A stretch of DNA of 64,000 bases from a virus: positions 1 to 64,000 of IMG/VR virus record IMGVR_UViG_3300032224_000723. One strand, given 5' to 3'. The notes below the pieces were generated by a model. The model saw nothing but the letters and a program-made list of their open reading frames with translations. It was not told the origin of the DNA and searched no databases. The position numbers and the translations under genes were made by a program. Of this stretch, positions 56,875-64,000 are shown one piece after another. The first letter of the stretch is position 1, and each line of letters begins with the position of its first letter.

Positions 56875-59262
56875 ATGAATTTACATAGTTTGTTTGAAAA
56901 TGTAGCAGAAGAAAAATGTCCGCATTGCAATGGGCCAATGTTCAGTGAACTAATGATCAATGAAAAGAAAGATGCTTGCTACTACAAAGTCAAGAGTCGT
57001 TATAAAGTATGGCCCAGTGCTTATGCCAGTGGTGCATTAGTTAAGTGTCGCAAAAAAGGCGCAGACAGTTGGGGCAATAAATCGGAAAGCGTGGCGGAAG
57101 CCACAGGTGATGAGAAGTTTGATACCATGATGGGCAGGATACAGCAAGAACCAAAGTATCCTGATTCACAAATGCCTCCAACAGATGTAAAAGATCTGTA
57201 TCAATGGGCAGTCAAAAACAACAAGCCGTATCATAAAATTTTTGCTGAATGGGCCATGAGAGAGGGTTACAAGTCTGTTGCCCCGGCATTACAGAAAGCG
57301 GGTAATTTAGATAGTGACGCTTTAGATTATTGGACTCCACGTGTTTGGAAAATATATTGGGGCGAAGTCCGGGGTATTGATTCAGAAATGCCCCCAGAAT
57401 GGGCCAAAAAACGTATACCTGCGGAATTGAGATATTATCTTGATGATGTGTTTGATGCTTATGATCGTATAGTGTTTGATTGGCCCACAGAATATCGTCA
57501 GATTGGTCAGCAAGGCATGGCGGAAGGTTTAGATAAACCTGAAGAAAAATCTATGTATGATTATCGTGGTGTTCCTGGTTTAGATAAACCTGAAGAAAAA
57601 TCTATGTATGATTATCGTGGTGTTCCTGGTTTAGATAAACCTGAAGAAAAATCTATGTATGATTATCGTGGTGTTCCTGGTTTAGACGAAGGCATGAAAG
57701 CCGATGAGCTTTCACGCTACTGTGAAGAACTTGTGGCAGAAAAAGGCTGGGATGCCGCATACAAACATGCTAGATTTATGGCACAAGGTGCTACAGATCC
57801 TGCCTGGGGCAGTGTATTAAAATATCTTCATGCCATGAAAGACGGAGTATCAGAAGATCAACTAGACGAAAATTTACGTCAGTGGTTCAAAGAAAAATGG
57901 GTACGATTTGGTCCAGACGGAAAGATTCGCGGAGACTGTGCCAGAGGAGATGACAGCGAAGGTAAGCCAAAATGTTTGCCTCAAGCCAAAGCACACGCAC
58001 TGGGTAAAAAAGGTCGTGCCAGTGCTGCCGCAAGAAAACGCAGAGAAGATCCCAATCCTGAACGCCGCGGCCCTGCACACAATGTTGCTACAAAATCTGA
58101 AAGCTCGTTAAACGAATTTGCGCCAGGCAGTGATGACGGCAACGATGGATTCAGTGATGAAATACTAAAGCGTTTAGCCGCACAATGGTGGCAAGGTGAC
58201 GAAGATCCAAGAGTAGAACGCACACTAGCGGCCGCTGGTTGGGAAATTGGGCAAGACGAAGGCTATGACAACGGTGGTGTATTTGTTGTAATGTCCGGTG
58301 ATGAGCATGGCCGCAGTTACATGAGCTGGCCCGCAGAAGAGTTGGAAGGCTTGTCGGAAGGCTACTACAATGACATAGGTCCGGAATACGGTGGTGCTGG
58401 CAAGGGTCGTTCCGAAGATGCAATGATGACTACCAAACTTACTAGACAAGCAAAAGCTGCCGCCAAAAAAGCTGGCAAAACATTTAATACCAGTGCTGAA
58501 TATCGTTTGTGGCATAGGAAACAAAAAGAAAAACAAGGTGTGTCGGAAGCACAAACTGATTATCAAAAGCGCCGTCAACGTGAACGTGATGTAGATGCAG
58601 GTAAGCCAGTTAAACGTCAACCAAAGAATCCACAGAATGATTATTTTGCACGTCGTAAAAAAGAACGAGACTTAGCAGAAGACCAAGCTGTACAACTATC
58701 ACCTAATATATCAGCAAGACCAAATCAAGATCCTGACTCGCCCGAAGACTATGACTACTTTTATAAAGACATGCAGGTAATGCCCGGGCAAGATTTTCAC
58801 ACACAGATAAAAGATCAACATCTACGTCAAATGGATCCTGCATATAATACTATGCGAACAGCATTTGATAACCCTATTAAGCCAGGACCGACTACAACTT
58901 ACAAAGAACCTAAGGGCGACACAATAATCCCAGTGCGTCCGCAAGAGCCAGAAAAAATGAAGGACATAGAAGGCAATCCTGTTAGACTAAGAGATTATGT
59001 TCCCGGTGATCCAAGGATATCAGAGTCTCGCTTATACTATAATGTCATAGGCACAGCAGATAAAGAACTACGTTCAGCCTTTGGTATGAGAAAAGATAAA
59101 AACGGTTGGTTCTTAAAAGAATCCAGCAGTACAAAATATAAAATGATGGCGCAACGTGCATTTGGTAGTCCTAAGTTGCAGGAATATAATTTTCCTGCAG
59201 GGCAAGCTACTAAAGGCAGTGAAGGTGTAATCAGTCCTGTTGGCTCTATCCCACGTAATTAA
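56875..59262 (+). CDS. Mosaic polyprotein of about 10 small modules joined by G(V/M/L)(A/S)E-type linkers
   Basis: MNLHSLFE start; WPSAYASGALVKCRK and LRQWFKEKWV..KCLP basic modules. Confidence 0.8.
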   Translation: MNLHSLFENVAEEKCPHCNGPMFSELMINEKKDACYYKVKSRYKVWPSAYASGALVKCRKKGADSWGNKSESVAEATGDEKFDTMMGRIQQEPKYPDSQMPPTDVKDLYQWAVKNNKPYHKIFAEWAMREGYKSVAPALQKAGNLDSDALDYWTPRVWKIYWGEVRGIDSEMPPEWAKKRIPAELRYYLDDVFDAYDRIVFDWPTEYRQIGQQGMAEGLDKPEEKSMYDYRGVPGLDKPEEKSMYDYRGVPGLDKPEEKSMYDYRGVPGLDEGMKADELSRYCEELVAEKGWDAAYKHARFMAQGATDPAWGSVLKYLHAMKDGVSEDQLDENLRQWFKEKWVRFGPDGKIRGDCARGDDSEGKPKCLPQAKAHALGKKGRASAAARKRREDPNPERRGPAHNVATKSESSLNEFAPGSDDGNDGFSDEILKRLAAQWWQGDEDPRVERTLAAAGWEIGQDEGYDNGGVFVVMSGDEHGRSYMSWPAEELEGLSEGYYNDIGPEYGGAGKGRSEDAMMTTKLTRQAKAAAKKAGKTFNTSAEYRLWHRKQKEKQGVSEAQTDYQKRRQRERDVDAGKPVKRQPKNPQNDYFARRKKERDLAEDQAVQLSPNISARPNQDPDSPEDYDYFYKDMQVMPGQDFHTQIKDQHLRQMDPAYNTMRTAFDNPIKPGPTTTYKEPKGDTIIPVRPQEPEKMKDIEGNPVRLRDYVPGDPRISESRLYYNVIGTADKELRSAFGMRKDKNGWFLKESSSTKYKMMAQRAFGSPKLQEYNFPAGQATKGSEGVISPVGSIPRN
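57526..57686 (+). repeat. Perfect 3 x 51-bp in-frame tandem repeat (GLDKPEEKSMYDYRGVP)
   Basis: Units at 57526, 57577 and 57628 plus partial fourth. Confidence 0.97.
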
Positions 59263-59287
59263 ATAAATAAGACATAAGGTATGTAAA

Positions 59288-59722
59288 ATGGATGAACTCA
59301 TTAAAGCAATGAAAATTGCATTTGCAACAGAATATGGCTTTGCTGTAAAAGCACAGTTTTGCCATTGGAATGTAATAGGACCAGAGTTCCCACAATACCA
59401 TGCATTGTTTGACACTATCTACACAGAAGTATATGGCAGCATTGATCCATTTGCTGAAAATATTCGTAAGTTAGGTAGTTATACTCCAGGTAGCTTCCAA
59501 CGTTTAAGTATGTTAAGTCAAATCGACGAAGACCTTGAAGTTCCCCCTGCTATGACTTTAGTCGCTGGTTTATTAGAAGACAGCGAAAAATGTAGTAGAC
59601 TATTTAAAATGGTTTATGATCTAGCAGAGCGCGAAGGCAAACATGGCCTAAGCAACTTCCTAGCAGAACGCATGGATGCACATGACAAGCACTCTTGGAT
59701 GCTTAGATCAACTTTAAAATAA
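59288..59722 (+). CDS. dps: Dps / DNA-binding ferritin-like protein
   Basis: HWNVIGPEFPQYHALFD..IDPFAENIRKLG..HDKHSWML. Confidence 0.93.
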   Translation: MDELIKAMKIAFATEYGFAVKAQFCHWNVIGPEFPQYHALFDTIYTEVYGSIDPFAENIRKLGSYTPGSFQRLSMLSQIDEDLEVPPAMTLVAGLLEDSEKCSRLFKMVYDLAEREGKHGLSNFLAERMDAHDKHSWMLRSTLK

Positions 59723-59729
59723 TTAATCA

Positions 59730-60848
59730 ATGAATTCAACTTATTGCAGTGCCGTGGACACGGGACTGTTTGTTAGTACTCAAGGTCAGGTAGGGTTATG
59801 TTGCAGTGGAGCACAGCCTTTGGGTAACATCAAACAACAACCCATTAAAGAAATATTTGCTAAATCAAAGTTTCCAGAAATACGTCTAGCACTTAAAAAC
59901 AATCAACCTCATGAATATTGTTCAGGCTGTGATAGAACTGAGCAACAAGCCGCAGGATCTAGTCAGCGCAGTGCGTTTAATGATCAATTCCCCAATCCCA
60001 CAAAACGTGAAATTAAACTAATTGATGTACGTTGGAGCAACGTCTGTAATCTAAGTTGCAGATATTGTAACGTATACGACAGCAGTGAGTGGAGTAGAAT
60101 TATGAACATTCCTATTCCGTCAGTGAATAAAGACTACACCGATTCCTTATTTGAGGAAATTGCAGAAAATAGAGATTCTATTGAGTGTATGTATTTGTTA
60201 GGCGGTGAGCCACTGATGCAAAAGCACAACGAAAGATTGTTAGACATCATTAATCCTAGTGTTAAGATAGATGTGCTAACCAATCTCAGTGTTAAATTAG
60301 ATAAAAATAAAATCTATGAAAAACTAAAAAAGTTTCCAATGGTACTTTGGAATTTAAGTTTTGACAACATCGGTGATAGGTTTGAGTATGTTAGACATGG
60401 TGCTAAGTGGGATATATTCACAGACAATATAAAACAACTATGCGATGACTTTGGCGCACATAGAATAACATTTCACCCAGTGTATACCATTTGGAATGCA
60501 TTGAACTTAGAAGAATATTACGAGTTTGCCAGCAAACAAAACTTCAGAGTTAATTGGCAAATGGCCATGCCCAAATCAGGAATAAGTGATATAGAAACAG
60601 AAAGTTTTATTACATTTGGACACAAGTCCAGTATTATGACCGCAGCCATAAAAGAAATAGAATCTGTAAATGTTGCTGACCCTATAGTTGATAACATCAA
60701 ACAAAGTTTAATCAACAACATTGAAATTCCCAATAAGGATCAAGACTTCTTAACATGGACTGCACAGTCTGAAAGTATTATACCACCCAACAAACCATTT
60801 AGCGAGCTATGGCCTGAGTTAAATAAGTTATTAACAGGCACACAATGA
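59730..60848 (+). CDS. Radical SAM protein with N-terminal twitch/SPASM-like domain
   Basis: C..GQVGLCC..CSGC then CNLSCRYC; GGEP. Confidence 0.92.
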   Translation: MNSTYCSAVDTGLFVSTQGQVGLCCSGAQPLGNIKQQPIKEIFAKSKFPEIRLALKNNQPHEYCSGCDRTEQQAAGSSQRSAFNDQFPNPTKREIKLIDVRWSNVCNLSCRYCNVYDSSEWSRIMNIPIPSVNKDYTDSLFEEIAENRDSIECMYLLGGEPLMQKHNERLLDIINPSVKIDVLTNLSVKLDKNKIYEKLKKFPMVLWNLSFDNIGDRFEYVRHGAKWDIFTDNIKQLCDDFGAHRITFHPVYTIWNALNLEEYYEFASKQNFRVNWQMAMPKSGISDIETESFITFGHKSSIMTAAIKEIESVNVADPIVDNIKQSLINNIEIPNKDQDFLTWTAQSESIIPPNKPFSELWPELNKLLTGTQ

Positions 60849-61546
60849 CTGAACTCATATACACATTAATCGTAACACATATCACAATTATTTGTGTTAC
60901 GGTGTTTTTACATCGCGGCCAAGCACACAGAACATTGATATTCAGTCCTGTGCTCAGTCATTTCATGCGTTTTTGGTTATGGTTAACTACTGGTATGGTC
61001 ACTAAAGAGTGGGTGGCAATACATCGCAGACATCATGTTAGCAGTGATTCTCCAGGGGATCCGCATAGCCCACATGTATTTGGTATATGGCGTGTGTTAT
61101 TTGGCGGAGCATTGCTGTATAGAGATAGTTCTAAAAATTCTGCCATAATAGCGCAGTACGGTATAGGAACACCTGACGATTGGATCGAACGTAAGGTATA
61201 TACTCCTTATAACTTCTTAGGCATTCTTCTAATGCTGGCCATTGACTTGTTGTTATTTGGTCCATGGGGATTGGTAGTATGGGGCATACAAATGATTTGG
61301 ATTCCGTTTTGGGCTGCTGGAGTCATTAACGGACTAGCACACTGGTGGGGGTATCGTAATGGTGAAACTAAAGATAAAAGTACGAACATTAGTCCTTGGG
61401 GTATTATTATTGGCGGTGAATGTCTGCACAATAATCATCATTTGGAACCCGCGAATCCTCGCCTCAGCCGTCGCTGGTTTGAATTTGACATAGGATGGCT
61501 GTATATAAAGATATTCGAATTTTTAAGACTCTTAAAGATAAAATGA
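60845..61546 (+). CDS. Membrane fatty acid (delta-9-type) desaturase
   Basis: His boxes HRGQAH, HRRHH, HNNHH; FDIGW. Confidence 0.95.
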   Translation: MTELIYTLIVTHITIICVTVFLHRGQAHRTLIFSPVLSHFMRFWLWLTTGMVTKEWVAIHRRHHVSSDSPGDPHSPHVFGIWRVLFGGALLYRDSSKNSAIIAQYGIGTPDDWIERKVYTPYNFLGILLMLAIDLLLFGPWGLVVWGIQMIWIPFWAAGVINGLAHWWGYRNGETKDKSTNISPWGIIIGGECLHNNHHLEPANPRLSRRWFEFDIGWLYIKIFEFLRLLKIK

Positions 61547-61621
61547 CCTTGGCCTTAGGACCGGGTGGGCGGCTACTGCCTTGACTTATACAATTCGCTA
61601 CTGTATAATATAAAGTGTAGC
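61546..61621 (+). other. Candidate structured RNA element overlapping a sigma70-like promoter
   Basis: Three adjacent hairpins, possible GCTAC/GTAGC pseudoknot; TTGACT-17-TATAAT at 61581-61609. Confidence 0.4.
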
Positions 61622-61644
61622 AATTAACTTTTTCAAATAATATT

Positions 61645-62736
61645 ATGATAATCTGGTTCAACTGTAAAATAACTGACGTACGACTAAATCCACAGAGTAT
61701 TGTACGATACAATCTACGCAACGATAGCCGTTTTGATGTAGCAAAATATAGCTTTGCTAGTTTTGCTCCGTTGGAACCCTTGACTACTAAATTTATTTTT
61801 AATTTAGAAATGGCCGACGGATATGAAGGCCGGGAAGAAGAAATGGCTACTTGGCTTAAAGGAATTTTTCCTGAGGAAAAACTAAGTCTACATTGGCACC
61901 GTTGCAATAATATTGCACAATGGCGTGAAGTCAAAGCAGAAATGGATGAGTTAGATGACGATTTAATTTTCCCTGCAGGCAATGAAGACCATATTTTCTT
62001 AGATGACAATATTGATATATTCCGTGAAGGTTTAGAATTAATTGCTAAAGATCCTGACCCATACGCTGTTCTAATGACCAGCCATTATCCAGAAAGTATT
62101 AGAGCTGTTTCTTACTTTAACGGACAACCAGCCAGTTATAATTACTTAACTTATAACATGGAAAACAACGATGCCATTAGAGTTATGAAAAAAGAATACT
62201 TTGAATGGTACTTGGATCAAGCTACTAATCCAGATCAATTTATTTTTAGAACTGAGCATTGGAACAACATTAGAATCCTACGCAATAAACTATACATCCC
62301 CACTAAAGAGCAGTTTAGACACTTTGACGGATATCATCACGTACAAGTAGGACCAGACGTTTGCCCTCCATTGGAAATCCCCGCAGGATTCTTTGAAGGC
62401 ATGACCATACGCTATGGATTTGATGATAGGCAAGCAGATGCAGTGAATATTAATCCCCAAGCCAAAGATTTATATACTGTTGATCCCGACAGGGGCACGG
62501 ACTATAGATTTACTCTTGACACACTGCCTGCATTTTGGAAGCCTTACATCAAACAAGTTGTCTGCGCAGACAACATTGATGAAGAAAAAATGAATCAAGC
62601 CTATGATACATACTTGTTGGAATTGACTAGGATTGACATTAATTGGCATCATGTGGGTGCAGTGTTTGACGATTCAAATTGGCCACCCGCACAGTGGCTC
62701 AACAACCACACCAAAGCCTACGTATTTGAAGAATAA
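61645..62736 (+). CDS. Hypothetical protein
   Basis: 363-aa ORF; NEDHIFLD, RHFDGY. Confidence 0.75.
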   Translation: MIIWFNCKITDVRLNPQSIVRYNLRNDSRFDVAKYSFASFAPLEPLTTKFIFNLEMADGYEGREEEMATWLKGIFPEEKLSLHWHRCNNIAQWREVKAEMDELDDDLIFPAGNEDHIFLDDNIDIFREGLELIAKDPDPYAVLMTSHYPESIRAVSYFNGQPASYNYLTYNMENNDAIRVMKKEYFEWYLDQATNPDQFIFRTEHWNNIRILRNKLYIPTKEQFRHFDGYHHVQVGPDVCPPLEIPAGFFEGMTIRYGFDDRQADAVNINPQAKDLYTVDPDRGTDYRFTLDTLPAFWKPYIKQVVCADNIDEEKMNQAYDTYLLELTRIDINWHHVGAVFDDSNWPPAQWLNNHTKAYVFEE

Positions 62737-62789
62737 TACAGTTGCTTTTGTTTGGTATTTCACGTATAATAACTTTTTAGGAGATAACT

Positions 62790-63056
62790 ATGACTGACTA
62801 TAATCGCAGTTTTAATGGCGATGCCAAAATTAAACTCACACAACTAATCAACGAAGGCATGCAAGTTCTTCAAGAAGTTGAAGACTTGAATGCAGGCCTT
62901 AATGAAACAATTAAAGCAGTGGCAGAAGAACTTGAAATCAAACCTGCTACACTTAAAAAAGCAGTTAAGATTGCACACAAAGCCAAACTTGGCGAAACTA
63001 ATCGCGACCACGATGAACTAAACACTATTTTGGAAACAGTGGGCAAAACTCTTTGA
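62790..63056 (+). CDS. T4 DsbA-like dsDNA-binding protein
   Basis: LTQLINEG..IKAVAEELEIKPATLKKAVKIAHK; promoter TTGCTT-17-TATAAT and AGGAG. Confidence 0.75.
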   Translation: MTDYNRSFNGDAKIKLTQLINEGMQVLQEVEDLNAGLNETIKAVAEELEIKPATLKKAVKIAHKAKLGETNRDHDELNTILETVGKTL

Positions 63057-63343
63057 ACGATATATTAAATGGTGTCTTTAACTGGATCAGAGAAGATTAC
63101 AAAAGCAATAGAATTCGTTTTTGTCTTGAGGTCCTTGCTTGGGCTATTTCTATTGGCTGTAGTATCACTATGGCACTCACCGTTCCAACACCACCTCTCC
63201 TCTATATGTACCCAGTGTGGATCACTGGTTGTGCTATATATGCTGGGTGTGCTTATAGTCGGCGTTCCTTTGGTATGCTTGCTAATTACATTCTTCTTAC
63301 CACAATCGACACAATCGGATTAATAAGGATGCTTATTGCATGA
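63053..63343 (+). CDS. Small multi-TM membrane protein
   Basis: Three hydrophobic segments. Confidence 0.7.
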   Translation: MNDILNGVFNWIREDYKSNRIRFCLEVLAWAISIGCSITMALTVPTPPLLYMYPVWITGCAIYAGCAYSRRSFGMLANYILLTTIDTIGLIRMLIA

Positions 63344-64000
63344 GTTATGTTGACGCACTATTTGATAGGCAAAAGGATCGAATTCACGTGGTAGAACGTG
63401 TTAATGGTGAACGTGTATACACAGAGTATCCTGTTAATTATATTTTTTATTATGATGACCCCAAGGGAAAACATCGTACTATCTATGGTACACCAGTAAC
63501 TAGATTTGCTACACGCAGTGGTAAAGAGTTTCAAAAAGAACTAAGACTACAAAACGGCAAACGCATATGGGAAAGTGATTTCAAGCCTGTATTCCGTTGT
63601 CTCGAAGAAAACTATTTAGGTGCAGAACCTCCTAAACTACACACAGCATTCTTTGACATTGAAGCCAACTTTGATCCCGAACGTGGCTTTGCACCTACTA
63701 ACGACCCATTTAATAACATCACTGCTATCAGTGTGTACTTGGACTGGCTAGACAAACTAATTACACTGGCTATCCCACCTAAGTCAATGAGCTGGGAAAC
63801 AGCAGAAGAAATCTGTGCTAAGTTTGAAAACTGTTTTATCTTCGAACGTGAAGAAGATATGCTAGATACATTCTTAAACCTAATAGATGATGCAGATATT
63901 ATAACTGGCTGGAACAGTGAAGGCTATGACATTCCCTATACAGTTGGTCGTATTACTCGTGTGCTGAGTAAAGACGACACACGTCGTATGTGTTTGTGGG
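63340..64000 (+). CDS. Family B DNA polymerase, N-terminal and 3'-5' exonuclease part (runs off window)
   Basis: MSYVDALF..; Exo I FFDIEA; Exo II ITGWNSEGYDIPY. Confidence 0.92.
   Translation, partial: MSYVDALFDRQKDRIHVVERVNGERVYTEYPVNYIFYYDDPKGKHRTIYGTPVTRFATRSGKEFQKELRLQNGKRIWESDFKPVFRCLEENYLGAEPPKLHTAFFDIEANFDPERGFAPTNDPFNNITAISVYLDWLDKLITLAIPPKSMSWETAEEICAKFENCFIFEREEDMLDTFLNLIDDADIITGWNSEGYDIPYTVGRITRVLSKDDTRRMCLW

Noticed and set aside
56411-56938. 175-aa minus-strand ORF and similar antisense ORFs (e.g. 61464-62009, 44251-44595, 3470-3799)
   Set aside because: Lie opposite well-supported genes, with no motifs or expression signals
57526-57686. CRISPR array
   Set aside because: Contiguous identical in-frame units with no spacers
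47241-59262. Diversity-generating retroelement or inteins as the cause of mosaicism
   Set aside because: No reverse transcriptase, no template/variable repeat pair with A-specific mismatches, and no intein splice motifs seen in the window
1-64000. Stop-codon reassignment
   Set aside because: Conserved genes are full length in the standard code, TAA/TAG/TGA all end genes, and no suppressor tRNA was seen

Overview
64 kb of an AT-rich, densely coding large dsDNA phage genome (T4-like/jumbo myovirus type, standard genetic code). The PqqA peptide, tmRNA tag, IF-1 and ErpA point to a betaproteobacterial (Burkholderiales-like) host; this is an inference. Replication and nucleotide genes: PD-(D/E)XK exonuclease, ATP-dependent ligase, clamp loader, DnaE fragment, start of a family B polymerase, MazG, PhoH, HAD nucleotidase. 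RNA genes: a circularly permuted two-piece tmRNA and tRNA-Arg(TCT). Host-type auxiliary genes: pqqA (missed by the ORF track), infA, SOD, erpA, dps, a desaturase, groES, a DnaJ-class protein, clpA, a D,D-peptidase and two radical SAM enzymes. Also present are tail/baseplate-type genes and a GH19 endolysin-spanin-holin lysis region. Most unusual: (i) 47.2-59.3 kb encodes long mosaic polyproteins that begin with T4 capsid-targeting-like peptides. They consist of unrelated enzyme and peptide modules joined at Glu-ending linkers, and several modules are flanked by short DNA direct repeats or a conserved 15-bp junction motif. This is a candidate in-frame cassette-shuffling system for virion-packaged cargo. 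(ii) An array of 13 divergent microproteins shares an F-x-L-(K/R)-(W/Y)-type end. (iii) At least 16 genes have an apparently leaderless promoter-ATG layout. (iv) A diiron/amidotransferase/sulfotransferase/APS-kinase operon of unknown product. All family calls come from motif recognition by eye; no database searches were run.
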